A stretch of DNA of 64,000 bases from a virus. The stretch covers positions 1 through 64,000 of IMG/VR virus record IMGVR_UViG_3300024327_000003. One strand, 5' to 3'. Made by a program: the position numbers and the translations under genes. The notes under the pieces are model-generated. The model was not told where the DNA came from. It saw only the letters and a list, made by a program, of their open reading frames with translations, and ran no database searches. Every line of letters starts with the position of its first letter. The first letter of the stretch is position 1. This document shows, piece by piece, positions 39,101-48,736 of the stretch.

Positions 39101-42100
39101 AGAAATAGCAGATGAATTAAATAAGGATGTTACAAAACCTAAGAATTTAAAATATCATAGCCAAACAACGTATCCCACGGTTGCTTCGCTACAAGCAGTA
39201 ATGCAGCAATTACGTAATAAATTATCAAAAGATAAAACTGCCCTTAAAGCAATAATGGCAGACATGGCTATACTTCGTGCTGAACTGAATTACCGATCAA
39301 AGACTGTAGGGCTCAGAGACGCCACAGAATATAAACACATTCAGATTCATACACCTAGAGTCACTACAATAAGCGAAGACGGAACAAAAGAGCATAAAGA
39401 AACTCCATTTGAATTTTCAGATAAAGAAGCAGCTGCCTTAAAGGAAACTGAAGAGGCATTTGGTATTCAGTCCCATAATAAATTTCCTTTACAAAAACCT
39501 AGCAAAAATATTGTTACCGAGGTTAGGAATTCAAACGGTAAAGTACCGGAAGAAGTTACAGAAACACTTACAGGGATGCATAATAATGCCTGGACTAAAG
39601 CACAAGCTATGGACATGTTGTCTCTTGTTGCAGAGATCCCAGGTTTACGTGCTGTCATTGACACCTTGGCCGGCGTAGTTAAAATACATAAACGTGCTCA
39701 CGAAGCCGTTAAATTATCTGATTCCGCATCAAATGCTAATAAGACAATTGCTTTGGATGAAGTACTCGAAGCTAATAAGCCAGAAAATAATAAATTAGAG
39801 AAATTCTTTTTTACTTATCGTTTACAAAATCAGCTTCGTATTTTGATGGACGGTAATATTAACCCGCAACAAAGCAAAGTAACTAGACAATTACTTAGAT
39901 CAGATGACAAAGTTACTGTTTACACAAAAGATAATATTCATCTATTTAAGCAATCTGTCGCTTCTCATCTTGGAGTTAAAATAGATAAACAAAATTTAGC
40001 TGCCTCTGAAGCTGAATTCGATACCATAGTAAATGACCCGCATGTACAGAGGGCAGTAATTATTTTAGCTAACTTAGGAAAGAATCCTAAGAAAGACAAA
40101 AAATTAAAAACATTACTGCCTAAAATTCAGAATAAGTTTGGCGGAGATATTTCTATATTTGCTGCGCTGGTGGCATTAACTAATTATATGCCTGATGGGA
40201 AACCTCCTACTGAAGTAAGTGAGTCTTTTAGCTCAGATACTCTGCTTGAAATTGATGGCATCTCTAATGGATTTGCTCAGAACGTAGGACAATTTCCTAA
40301 TCTATACGGCGAAGAATTCAATGAACAGGTACAAAATCAGGTAGGGATATATAAAGGCAAAGAAGGAGATGAGATTCATCACAATACTGATGCTCTTGAT
40401 ATCTATCATACTCTCGTAGAAAAAGTAATCGAAGGAGAAGATGCAGATATTGCTGCAGAATACGCTAGAAAGAGAAATCAGTTTTTTAATGAAGATGCTT
40501 ATAAGAATAAAGATACTGCTCTAAAAGCTATATATAAGCAATTAAGGGATGAAAACTCTAGGGACTTGGTCAAGTATCCGTTTCTCATATTCATGTACGG
40601 AGGAGGCATTAAGAGCATCTCTGAAGGTGTTGCCAAACTGATAGTAGGAGAGATATACCAGCAATTAAGTGCTTTGAATATCAAGTATCAGGATCTTGTA
40701 GAAGACAAGACATTGACTGAAGCACAAAAGGCTCCTCTATTGGTAGCTGAAATAAAAAAAATTAGAAAACTTGCAGATCATTTAGAGACTATTGGCGCTT
40801 TTAAATTTAATAAAGGTAAAACAGATCGATTCCAAAGTAGAGATGATTTTGTCCGGAGTATAGTAAAAGGTACTTCCCAAACTAAATATCTCAATGACAG
40901 CTTTCTAATAACTAACGTAGGAGAGGTCCTGGCTCCTAGATTCCATCATGGATTAACCGGCATGCTTGGAGGTACCCAACAGGCTAGAGACGCTGTAATT
41001 CAATCTGGGGAGATCCTACATGCAGCCTTTATGGTGCATTTCGAGAAAGCTTATGCAGAGAAATTAGGTAAGAGATCTTCATTATCTAAAAAAGAGATAG
41101 ACGCTCTTATTGAAGAACAGTTATTAGATGTATTCCCGCAATACAAAGGCCCGCTCATGACAAAAGAAGAGCGAGCATTTGTTGACTTAACTAAACGGGC
41201 ACTATCACAGGCTATTAGTAATGAGGAAGTAAGTAAGTTTGCTTTCACAAATGAAAAAGGTACTCCTTCTGATGTCGGTGGGTCTCCACGACAAAGTGTA
41301 TTTGTATCTCCTGGAGTAAGTGCACTTATTAGATTAATCATTAATATGGACTCAGCCATATTAACTAAAGTATTAGCCAAGTTTCCAAATGCCCTAGCTC
41401 TACATGACGCAATTATGGCTAATCCTTCAATATTAGAAGATGTGTCCAATGAGTACGGAAATGTATTTAATGAGCTCCATAAAAATCATAGCATCCTGCA
41501 AACTATTAGCGATCAAGTAGACACAGTAATTAAAATTACTGAAGCTAAAGATAAAGCTAATGGTAATCGAGCTTTAATGCAGGCACTGAATACATGGTTA
41601 ATAACTGAAGGACATCAAAATCAATTTGCTAGAAAGACTGAAGATATTCAGGACCTTAATGCATTTCGGGCAAATATTGCTGAAGCTCTAGCAATTGTTA
41701 CCGAAGGTAGAGCTGAAAGACAGAAAGAAGTTTCTAAAGCAGGCGGGAAAGTATTTAATCATCAGCTATTCTTAGCTCGGAAAGAAAGTAAAAAAGCTAA
41801 AAAGAATACTAAACCTAAAGTAAAGAAGAAGAAAGTTACTTTAGAAACAGAGCTCGAAAAGAAAGTAGTTATAAGCGTTAAGCGAGCTAAGCGTCCTAAG
41901 ATGACAGAGACGATTGATATTATAGTGACGCCTACAGATTCCGATACAATTCCTTCTGTTCTTCATGGCGGTAAAGATGTTCCTGCTATTATTTTAGGAA
42001 ATTTTGCCGTACATAAAGGACAGCCTGATTCTGGTAAAAATAAAGATATTTTTGGAAAAGGAAAGACATCTCAAGTTACTCATATACCTAGCGGGGTAGT

Positions 42101-45100
42101 AGTAGTTAGAAACTTAACTGCACAAAAAGCTTATGAATGGGCATATGATTTTTCAGCGCTATTAGCTGAAGCAAATATAGATACTGCTGGCATAAAAACT
42201 AGAAAAGATATAGATAGAGTTACTCCAATTTGGAGATTTGCCCGAAATGCTCTTATGGCAGATGACGTTGATACCGCAAAAAGAGAATTTCTAAAAGAAC
42301 ATTCAACTACGGATCCAGATAGCTTAAATCAATTTGCTTCATTAGATAATCTGAAAAGAGACAATGAAGTTACGATTATGAATAAAGACGTTAATGGCAG
42401 TAATCTTATTTCTTTATTCGATACATTTGCTGAATTCTCTGCTAATTATTATGCCTCCACAGAGGATATGAATGCCCATACGCTAGTATTAAATAGAATA
42501 ATGAATATGCTAGCTAAAGGCATGGATGCAACTACCCAGATTAATTTAACTGTCGAAGAAATTGATGGAATTACCCAGGGTAATTACGACTTAGCTCGTG
42601 ATGCTGTAAGGCTCTCACTTAGCCGGCAGCCTCCAGTATCTGCTAATGGACAGTCACCTCAGGAAGTGTATACACATGAAATGGTGCATGCAATGGTAGC
42701 TGCTGCATTAGCTAGCGAGCCTTTGCTTGCTAGACGAGTTGAACAGCTATATAACCAGACTTTACATGAAATAGGTCCTGTCAGTAAAGGACATTTAATC
42801 TTCCTGGAAGGCATTACAAATCCTTCTGCAGAGGATGTTATTGCAGCCAAGCGACAGTATAATTATCTTTTCGATAATCCTACAAAAGAAGCAAATAGAT
42901 TACATGAATTTTTAGCTTACGCTGTAACTAATAAATCTCTTATTAAATATCTATCTGGTACTAATATTAAATTACCGGTACGAAATAAAGGGCTATTAGG
43001 TAAATTATTGCATTTGGTTGATCTTATTGTTGATGAGTTTAAAGCACTTATTAATCGTAAATTTCATAAGAGACAAGGACGAGCCAATTCTTTTGAAGAA
43101 ATGATAGCAGTAACTGAACAGTTAATAGCTATTCAGAGTAAACATGAAAGCATTCTTCGAAAAGAGATTACTAAAATATACACTCATCTCTCTGATACTG
43201 ATCAGAAAATTAGAAATTATGCTGAAGAACAGGGACTTAAATTAATTCAATTAGAGTCTGTGGGAATATTTAAACAAGTAGTAAGCGATCTTGCCAGTGT
43301 AGGTGCTCTCACTATGAGTGATTCTGCCAGTGCTCATAACGCAAGACAACATATGTTTCTGACTCTTAATAAAACATTAAGATCTATAGCTAATGAAGTA
43401 GGTAGAGGTTCTCTATCTAAAATAATGATTGATAGATTATTACATGCTAAAGTTAATATTTCTAAAGCTCGACAAGAAGCAGAGAGATTTACTACTAACT
43501 GGTTTAATGGTATTTGGAAAACAGTAAAACCAAGTGATCCGCATGGTATGACAGTAGATATGAGAGAAGCTTTAACTGACGTATTGCTTAGAGCAGATAT
43601 TTCTAGTTTAAAACTTATAGGGTTATCTTCTCGAGCCATTGTACGTTTAATTGGCGCTGATAGAATAAGTAGGCAAGCAATATTAAAAGAACAGGCAGCT
43701 ATCTTAACTAAATTGAATATTGCACGTTCACATAGAGCAATCAAATACGCTGATGAACTTGGGTATCACATCAGCACAGGCAATACTAAATTACATGGCG
43801 CATACCAAAATGCTTATAGTCTTGCTATTGGTGAACTTGATAATCCTACTGCTGAGCAAGTACAATTATTAGATGCGTATGCTTCGTTAGCTGCATTAAA
43901 TTATGCTGATCCTCGAAAACTGGAACAAGTAAAAACTTTAGCCAATAACGAAATGGAAGCAAATTCTAAAGATAATGGCATTGTAGATATGATAGATAGC
44001 CATCTTCTATTTAAGCGCAATTCGTTAGAACATTTGTTTAAGAGCAATCCTACACAAATGGTTAAAGGATATATTATCGAACGAGTAGATAATTTTACTA
44101 GTATGAGAACAGGTTTCTCTACACAAGAAAAACAAATGAGTAAGGAAGGGTACACTGAAGCTTATTCATTGGGAGAGATTTTAGGTATTCCTCAGGCTCA
44201 TGATACTTTATATATTACCCGGACCACTCCTGAAGTTCCTGATGCGTCTGGTGTCGTATCAACTACAAATCAGAGAAATATGGGTACCACGCTAACTGAA
44301 ATCTTAGCTAAGCATAAGGGTTTTCAGGACAGCAACGGTAATCCTGACTTTTTTAAAATAGAAAGAAAAGTTGCAGCATTTCATCAAACACAATTAGCAG
44401 AAGGTAAAGTATTAATTGAAAATAAAAAAATAAAACTTCGTCCTCTTCGAGATGATCAAAATAAAATTGTTGATTATCGCGTAATGATGGGTAATGAAAC
44501 TAAAAAACAATTACTACGCCCAGATCTAGAAATACAAAATGTATTTGCTCATATGCATTCCGTGTATATTGATCGTAAAAATACAATTGATAATGATTTA
44601 GAAGTAGTAAAGCTTTTAGTTCATGAACAAAGCGATATGCATAAATCGCATCCAGATATATTTATTGATTTTATAAATGATCCTAATTATGTAGATCGAT
44701 TTAGAAAACTCCCAAAAGAAGTACGTGACTATATGAAGTCTTTTGCTGTAAATGGAAAATTTATGGTTAGGGAGGATATAGTAGATAAAGTATTTGGATA
44801 TAAAGTATGGGATTTTAGTCAATTTAAGTTTTTGCAAGGCGAGTCAATGGGGAGAGTTAAAAGATACGTAGGTATCTTTCATTATATACTTAGGCAAATT
44901 GTAGGTTACGGTAAGGACCGTATTGTTGTAGCAATGCCTAAGGTAGTTTTTGGTAATATGATTTCAAACATTGCTCAATTAAGCATGCGAAACATCCCTA
45001 TAACTTTTACTATCCGTAAAATACTAGAAGGATTTCATGAATACCAAAGATACCGAAAAGATACTGATGCACGTACATCACTATTACATAGAATTGGGTC

Positions 45101-45794
45101 TAAGCAATTAGGAGCTAATAGCCCAGAAGCTATAAAAGCTGAGCAACTAAAAGTAAGAATTGAGAATAATAAAATTCATAGAATGACTGCAGCAGGACTT
45201 AATTCACTTATTGTGGAAGACGTCAACGAAGCTCAAATTGATGGATTTTTTAATCGTATTAAACGTACTCTTAAAGTAGATAAAACATTTTCAGAGTTTG
45301 CTGATAGGGTTCCTAATTCAGTAAGTGAAACTGCTGCTATTATGTTTATGACTAAGACCAGTGCACCATATCAACTGGCTAGACAAATGGTACAGCTTAC
45401 CGATTTCTTAGGTAGATATGTAATGATTGAACATCTTACTACTGTAGAAAATAAAGACTTTGAAGTAGCTATGCATGAATCATTAGATGCATTTGTATTA
45501 TTTGATGAGGCGTTAACACCTGCTTTAGAAGCAATAGATGCAGTCGGAGCTACCTCATTTATTTCTTATTTCATGCGTAATCAAAGAGCCGCTAGAAGGT
45601 TAGCTCAAACTAATCCTACTGGAGTAGGTTTATCTGCTGCAATCCAAGGTCTTACTGGAATACCTACTTTAGGTAATGTAAATGCTGCATGGCTTAGCGG
45701 GGATATATCTCCTAATATGCTTCAGTTCGATGATCTGCTTGATGAAGCCAATAACGTATCTTTATTAGAAGCACTAAAAGATATATTTGGTTAA
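33168..45794 (+). CDS. virion-encapsidated RNA polymerase (N4 gp50-like), 4208 aa
   Basis: NPQQSK, LEIDGISNG (motif A), RDLVKYPFLIFMYGG (B), LHDA (C); no Cys seen; position. Confidence 0.93.
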   Translation: MNFDERLLAVRDQVLSKKAETATLVADAKNSFLPSSQLADADLFRQTAQDVDTDLFREVTPGSTEIFKEVGEEATSLKANSPIVSQEGPISLHEDGTYSVTTAEGVFIPGLTELNAREFAGYNQENARAVKAGAPTDFLGTKANAIVQTTIDLGAQAASAFTTDPENLKAIKDFSANLKTKVPVNRKEQVAAHTAFTTIAKNSGNWEATKNALFNDLGTLISQGIDSVPYMVAFTIGGPVAQTAILTSLAIGKGNQAIEEFTEKNGRRPTEKEATRIKLWSAVGTVAEKYGDMAAVKAIPGRLAWIKQVQKTVKEVTPPSILSLTVLRPARGLAGEGLSGGITSATEQLAAEGEITDTAAITYDALAEAAGTPGGVATIVAGLTGVHASIKLTERLADAAISPSSKTKIKESIEKEIAGIKAILAGQETIKFGNTEEGDKYIKKLAEIEVTLAAANIDIDGNFDKEKADTENAIFNGMYMAYKEANPLSSNEEANVETRKQLRKEIAALEAHKKEVTEKLDTPLSGDETVDHIKELEDTKVFLEGLLEKGDFSDKTITKDLKDAKETIKPSKENTEIEDDEFNTIIKDANKSTTQKTIESLTKVSKRVLSASQKAALVISNNKLIKKLTDKVGTVLDVVDKVSFFGSIGPTIAEIQTAIDTAKNDHDRVLLQAQLDALKIEEQLDTKSVDKTMAEVHDEVEEGTSQRWRGIKSYQDEILDIINSDMHYQLAQQKITVLEQRLKVHADNLQNKADKFAEAHKLALADPQGRSIRVVSRSDKKARGERAVRYEIPKGDDKYVTEKNKKAPFTTIIHKKSNTLITVVTKEASYGQLTTQVVKGHKTTSFHKNAQQLKRDKANAAAQLAKAKSIEGNIKTVADPATQKDINKLKNPEGKTSPKADPVEASAQPEPTQGSDKTTKSDVFHSNSPGVKRAFDIFDIEKLQEQIKRLEKILANPETIKANSEHTAAERIAQAKLNLEAAKIQLEYLQEGQEKGLASPESIRFIVVKTDQLKAQLAKLKSGTKAHTAKAAELKEANDALTALIDKDVETELDLKEEENAKKSKTGTTGQAPGSGKETSSTTVPPKRSGQNRNNERGKPQAAPTKKKKVPSDSPIKVGDKVQWTLRGVDQFKEPTTVLKIYPLTPDGFTYVKLEGTNTGALITELTVVDSTKQTIPKTFEFTKDESFALADPENGYSPEDIQRLLDDPVFAAEALAEAKPTPLTAEEQAAEDLEREENDDFGITEDFADGGDTVKIVAALERLQASRQAPSTNKLTKTLLKGFKTTDVALQWLIDNAVNPEFKGVAKQLLGTVGKLEVRFSEKRPDSALGSTIVTVDGVEVQRDIEPTGTSTSVTEFIGIVIYANALDNKVLTTEEVLLHELIHVAVRNTFTNPITKAQKAAVKELHKINSLLRVEFDAIEHGGRDPERAFGGKLTKKEINILEKLVNQTPEEFITYGLTNKLYQNILKKLPPQYEYGETPKNKPSSLWSQFVSVVRIVLNIPEHQHTLLTQILEASSDLILIADVIIPSNESFEDVDLDAIFGAEGNFGDFENEFAGESAEEQTPKEFLEADANREQTAEIEEIDDLAPSDVTDRFIPIEELSKQALYLVFPEVITRNGKLKIKEQANLTGPQRKQFGLILNQLASLFDLDVIKNRKKDFPALLDALKDLGDTKNFIEVTKDTLPIVITDEQLTENKTKALPGRKRAAQKKGEKAPTLEELKADSGDSALGILSKKFAELVQVRVNKKGKEATGIFALPDVVFKSDAMLQRALITLGLSRPAAVQMTIEYNRFAKKYQDIKLTETFSTGIPAARKPLSLLHRGEEGLPPQIIFAMAIGSMQMISRNPTNIAFRSGFAKSEFLYNTYTDLTGEESEQLDEVGSGYNNTAESTGKSIAALLKITSVDVETSGYFDHLEIALGLAAIQIEHGPSTKLNKLTFEERSKLPDSRYHVASHIWNFKQVPYNADRKFNSKITQEIADELNKDVTKPKNLKYHSQTTYPTVASLQAVMQQLRNKLSKDKTALKAIMADMAILRAELNYRSKTVGLRDATEYKHIQIHTPRVTTISEDGTKEHKETPFEFSDKEAAALKETEEAFGIQSHNKFPLQKPSKNIVTEVRNSNGKVPEEVTETLTGMHNNAWTKAQAMDMLSLVAEIPGLRAVIDTLAGVVKIHKRAHEAVKLSDSASNANKTIALDEVLEANKPENNKLEKFFFTYRLQNQLRILMDGNINPQQSKVTRQLLRSDDKVTVYTKDNIHLFKQSVASHLGVKIDKQNLAASEAEFDTIVNDPHVQRAVIILANLGKNPKKDKKLKTLLPKIQNKFGGDISIFAALVALTNYMPDGKPPTEVSESFSSDTLLEIDGISNGFAQNVGQFPNLYGEEFNEQVQNQVGIYKGKEGDEIHHNTDALDIYHTLVEKVIEGEDADIAAEYARKRNQFFNEDAYKNKDTALKAIYKQLRDENSRDLVKYPFLIFMYGGGIKSISEGVAKLIVGEIYQQLSALNIKYQDLVEDKTLTEAQKAPLLVAEIKKIRKLADHLETIGAFKFNKGKTDRFQSRDDFVRSIVKGTSQTKYLNDSFLITNVGEVLAPRFHHGLTGMLGGTQQARDAVIQSGEILHAAFMVHFEKAYAEKLGKRSSLSKKEIDALIEEQLLDVFPQYKGPLMTKEERAFVDLTKRALSQAISNEEVSKFAFTNEKGTPSDVGGSPRQSVFVSPGVSALIRLIINMDSAILTKVLAKFPNALALHDAIMANPSILEDVSNEYGNVFNELHKNHSILQTISDQVDTVIKITEAKDKANGNRALMQALNTWLITEGHQNQFARKTEDIQDLNAFRANIAEALAIVTEGRAERQKEVSKAGGKVFNHQLFLARKESKKAKKNTKPKVKKKKVTLETELEKKVVISVKRAKRPKMTETIDIIVTPTDSDTIPSVLHGGKDVPAIILGNFAVHKGQPDSGKNKDIFGKGKTSQVTHIPSGVVVVRNLTAQKAYEWAYDFSALLAEANIDTAGIKTRKDIDRVTPIWRFARNALMADDVDTAKREFLKEHSTTDPDSLNQFASLDNLKRDNEVTIMNKDVNGSNLISLFDTFAEFSANYYASTEDMNAHTLVLNRIMNMLAKGMDATTQINLTVEEIDGITQGNYDLARDAVRLSLSRQPPVSANGQSPQEVYTHEMVHAMVAAALASEPLLARRVEQLYNQTLHEIGPVSKGHLIFLEGITNPSAEDVIAAKRQYNYLFDNPTKEANRLHEFLAYAVTNKSLIKYLSGTNIKLPVRNKGLLGKLLHLVDLIVDEFKALINRKFHKRQGRANSFEEMIAVTEQLIAIQSKHESILRKEITKIYTHLSDTDQKIRNYAEEQGLKLIQLESVGIFKQVVSDLASVGALTMSDSASAHNARQHMFLTLNKTLRSIANEVGRGSLSKIMIDRLLHAKVNISKARQEAERFTTNWFNGIWKTVKPSDPHGMTVDMREALTDVLLRADISSLKLIGLSSRAIVRLIGADRISRQAILKEQAAILTKLNIARSHRAIKYADELGYHISTGNTKLHGAYQNAYSLAIGELDNPTAEQVQLLDAYASLAALNYADPRKLEQVKTLANNEMEANSKDNGIVDMIDSHLLFKRNSLEHLFKSNPTQMVKGYIIERVDNFTSMRTGFSTQEKQMSKEGYTEAYSLGEILGIPQAHDTLYITRTTPEVPDASGVVSTTNQRNMGTTLTEILAKHKGFQDSNGNPDFFKIERKVAAFHQTQLAEGKVLIENKKIKLRPLRDDQNKIVDYRVMMGNETKKQLLRPDLEIQNVFAHMHSVYIDRKNTIDNDLEVVKLLVHEQSDMHKSHPDIFIDFINDPNYVDRFRKLPKEVRDYMKSFAVNGKFMVREDIVDKVFGYKVWDFSQFKFLQGESMGRVKRYVGIFHYILRQIVGYGKDRIVVAMPKVVFGNMISNIAQLSMRNIPITFTIRKILEGFHEYQRYRKDTDARTSLLHRIGSKQLGANSPEAIKAEQLKVRIENNKIHRMTAAGLNSLIVEDVNEAQIDGFFNRIKRTLKVDKTFSEFADRVPNSVSETAAIMFMTKTSAPYQLARQMVQLTDFLGRYVMIEHLTTVENKDFEVAMHESLDAFVLFDEALTPALEAIDAVGATSFISYFMRNQRAARRLAQTNPTGVGLSAAIQGLTGIPTLGNVNAAWLSGDISPNMLQFDDLLDEANNVSLLEALKDIFG

Positions 45795-45961
45795 TTCTCT
45801 TCTATTGATGACTTAATCACATAATATATAACAAGAATTAATATGGCAAAAATTGCTACTGGAATAGTTAAAAATATAATAATAAGAGCAGCAATAATTG
45901 TCGCTATTAATCCTATTGCCCATAAAATACTTTTAGTCGTTAACCAGAATTTTTTGAACAT
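45791..45961 (-). CDS. small membrane protein (56 aa, not in ORF track)
   Basis: MFKKFWLTTKSILWAIGLIATIIAALIII...SIEEN*. Confidence 0.55.
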   Translation of the reverse strand: MFKKFWLTTKSILWAIGLIATIIAALIIIFLTIPVAIFAILILVIYYVIKSSIEEN

Positions 45962-45992
45962 ATAGTTACCAGTGTTTATCCATCCAGGCGAA

Positions 45993-46559
45993 TCACGAGA
46001 ATAGAGAGTCAGTATTTAGCTTCTCAGTCGTTGGTATTGAGGGCTCTTCAGAAGCTGGAAGTTGTTCTTCTCCATTTACGAATACTTTGCCACCAGGTTC
46101 TTCAGCTGCAGCTTCTTCTGCGAGCTCCTTAGAGGCTGCATCCATGCCCTGTTTAGCCATCTCATCAATACGTACCTTTTTAAGGGTATCTTGCTTAGCT
46201 TTTTCCTCAGCAGTTTCGTCTATTTCGACATGCGCTTTAGCTTCTCCTTTCTCCTCAGGAGTTAGATTCCTGCCTAATTTAAGTTCTAAATCATGTAGAG
46301 CTATTTGTTCAGGATTTCTACGTGTACCAGGTCTAGGGCCAAATTCCCATGTAATATTACTGGGTGCCTTATTGATTGCAGGTTTAGTAGTTGATGCTGC
46401 TGGAGTATGTTGCTGTTGACCAGTTGTAGCAACTGTAATAGTTTTTCTTGGTTCTGGATCAGATACAATTTCTATCTCTGTACCAAAATCTATTTTTTCT
46501 AGAAGAATTTTACGAATTTCTTCCCGAAGAACTTGTTCGATATTAATTGTGATCTCCAT
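45993..46559 (-). CDS. hypothetical protein
   Basis: 188-aa ORF ending SLFS. Confidence 0.7.
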   Translation of the reverse strand: MEITINIEQVLREEIRKILLEKIDFGTEIEIVSDPEPRKTITVATTGQQQHTPAASTTKPAINKAPSNITWEFGPRPGTRRNPEQIALHDLELKLGRNLTPEEKGEAKAHVEIDETAEEKAKQDTLKKVRIDEMAKQGMDAASKELAEEAAAEEPGGKVFVNGEEQLPASEEPSIPTTEKLNTDSLFS

Positions 46560-46569
46560 ATTTTATTCC

Positions 46570-47028
46570 TTATATGTTGGATAGCCCATAATGAGCTATC
46601 ATTAATGCATCAGATCGGCCATCAATTAGGCCACCTTTAGGTCCACGAATATTAGCTGCAGGATATATTGTTGAAGCCACTTGAGCAACTTGCTTCTTAA
46701 TCATAGATCCTTTAGCTGTGATTCCTATATGTTTTTGCCACACTCTAGGGACGACTGATTTAGGTAGCAATCCCTTGGTACCAATTTCACATATACTCAT
46801 TGCAATTCCATAGCTGCGACCAAATCCAAAACTAGATTTAGCAGCCATACCAGGAAAAGCATGTATCTTCTCTAACCAAATTACATTTACATTTTGATCA
46901 TGCAACCATTTAGCTGCATCATAAATAGTGTTTAGATGGAAATCGAACAGGGCAATATGTGCTGGATCATTAGAATCCAGCACACACATTGCCCCTCGAG
47001 TTCCTGGATCCATTCCACAGACTCGCAT
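46570..47028 (-). CDS. RuvC-like Holliday junction resolvase
   Basis: GMDPGTRGA, LEKI, FGFG, PRVWQK, DGRSDALMIA. Confidence 0.85.
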   Translation of the reverse strand: MRVCGMDPGTRGAMCVLDSNDPAHIALFDFHLNTIYDAAKWLHDQNVNVIWLEKIHAFPGMAAKSSFGFGRSYGIAMSICEIGTKGLLPKSVVPRVWQKHIGITAKGSMIKKQVAQVASTIYPAANIRGPKGGLIDGRSDALMIAHYGLSNI

Positions 47029-47780
47029 TAGTTAAATAACGAGCTTGCAGCGTTACCGGCTACGTTTTCAGGAGATGCAGTATTTGATTGTCCACCTCCC
47101 ATGATGTCAGCAGCAGAAGCTGCACCAGCATTCTTGGTAGTTTTGTCAATAACATTGCCGGTATTCTTCTCGGCCCATTTAGTGAACATTTCGGCAGGCT
47201 TATCCCCCAGAATTTCTTCTGTAGTTTTGCCTTCGATATTACCAAAGAATTTACACTCGTTAATTGTACGAGATTCACCAGTCGATTCATACTGACCAGC
47301 TGCATTCTTCTTTTGCTTATCTTCGGTAACCTGGTGAACAGCTACCTTAACTGCTTTGTTAAGCAAATTTGCCAATACAGGACGTTCAGTTGGAACCTCT
47401 TCTTTCTTATCATAATCGTAAATCTTGACCATTTTCTTTTCAGCTGTATCCATACACTTAGATAAGCTGAGTCCTGTAGCAGCTACGCACATAGAGTTAG
47501 CAACTGAATAACCAGGAAGTGGATAATTCTTACTATCTTTTGTGTAGTAGGTTTTGTTACCTTTTGCAGTACCAGATTTAATCCAAAAGGATTCTTTCAG
47601 TTCCTTACCTGCAGAATTTTGCAAAACAACATTAAAGCTTACTGCTTTAGAGTCGGCTTGATTCAGATATACCATGGTAATATTGGCATCATAGACCCCA
47701 GATTCCCAAGCAAAACCTCCACCTAATCGTTCGATAGATTGTTTCTCAGTACCTGTAGGCAATTCCCATTCTTCACTCAT
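47028..47780 (-). CDS. ssb: single-stranded DNA-binding protein (N4 gp45-like)
   Basis: LGGG..ESGVY, YPLPGY, C-terminal SLF. Confidence 0.85.
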   Translation of the reverse strand: MSEEWELPTGTEKQSIERLGGGFAWESGVYDANITMVYLNQADSKAVSFNVVLQNSAGKELKESFWIKSGTAKGNKTYYTKDSKNYPLPGYSVANSMCVAATGLSLSKCMDTAEKKMVKIYDYDKKEEVPTERPVLANLLNKAVKVAVHQVTEDKQKKNAAGQYESTGESRTINECKFFGNIEGKTTEEILGDKPAEMFTKWAEKNTGNVIDKTTKNAGAASAADIMGGGQSNTASPENVAGNAASSLFN

Positions 47781-47814
47781 AATTTTTTATCCTTCTGTTA
47801 CGGGGTTATTAAAA

Positions 47815-48018
47815 TCACTTTCTATTAGCTAAATCAATCGGTACTTGTTTTTTGGCATTTTCTATATAGCCATCCAAGATATGAGTAAAATCTCTAAGAG
47901 TCATACCAGGTTTTTGTGCTATAGCTTGAGCAGCAAGTTCTTGAACTACTGCAATGCCGAACTCTGTACCAGCGAATACTAGATTCTGAGTAAGAGTAGT
48001 TTCTAATTCTTTTTTCAT
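47815..48018 (-). CDS. hypothetical protein
   Basis: 67-aa ORF, ATGA overlap. Confidence 0.6.
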   Translation of the reverse strand: MKKELETTLTQNLVFAGTEFGIAVVQELAAQAIAQKPGMTLRDFTHILDGYIENAKKQVPIDLANRK

Positions 48019-48470
48019 GTGCCCTCCAGAGTTAATCCAACTATAGATATATTGGCTTCCTTAAACATTAGTGTGGCTTCTTCGCTATTATGCCGTGCCA
48101 TATCATCATCTGTTTGTTCATAGATGATATGTTTAATTCCTGCTTGAATTATAATACCGGCACAATCAGCACAAGGATGGTGAGTAATAGCTAGAGCACT
48201 GCCACTTGTACTGATCCCCTGGTTAGCAGCTTCGACAATAGCATTAGCTTCAGCATGTACAACACGGGGATATTTACGAGTTTTATCTTCATAGAGATCT
48301 GGTTTATCTGAAGTATTTCTGGGAAATCCATTATAGCCAGTAGTGATAATAGTTTTCCTAAATGGATTGAAAATTACTGCACCAACTTTAGTAGAGGGAT
48401 CCTTAGAAAACGTAGCTATTAATTTAGCCATCTTTAACATTCTAGATTCCCACTTATTTGCCATTTCCAT
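48015..48470 (-). CDS. dCMP deaminase
   Basis: SKDPSTKVGA, GYNGFPR, HAEANA, PCADC. Confidence 0.92.
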   Translation of the reverse strand: MEMANKWESRMLKMAKLIATFSKDPSTKVGAVIFNPFRKTIITTGYNGFPRNTSDKPDLYEDKTRKYPRVVHAEANAIVEAANQGISTSGSALAITHHPCADCAGIIIQAGIKHIIYEQTDDDMARHNSEEATLMFKEANISIVGLTLEGT

Positions 48471-48563
48471 TTAGATACCCTTGGTAAGTTATTGAACTGA
48501 GGTAACGATAAACAGGACAGAGGGAGATTAATATCCTATATTGTGTATTGTTACCCCAGTCCT

Positions 48564-48736
48564 AAAGAAAGACGCCCTCCCTGGGAGTGTGAGCCAGGGA
48601 GGACTAGAGTTTTATAACCCTTCGGTTAAGATAGGCCCCGTAGAAGGAGGTTTGCCTTCATAAGGAAAGGCCAATACAGTCCTATCCCGCATTAGATTTA
48701 TTTAACGTCGCTCTTATAATGCGATACGAGCCACGC
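48564..48736 (-). ncRNA. candidate stand-alone small RNA with pseudoknot and terminator
   Basis: promoter TAGAAG-N17-TATAAT (48767-48739), H-type pseudoknot, terminator 48604-48564. Confidence 0.5.

Noticed and set aside
33238-44837. Many antisense or out-of-frame ORFs inside vRNAP and other large genes
   Set aside because: Shadow ORFs without RBS or motifs, overlapping well-supported genes
48500-48670. CsrB/RsmZ-like GGA sponge on + strand
   Set aside because: G-U pairs, promoter and terminator orientation all favour the - strand
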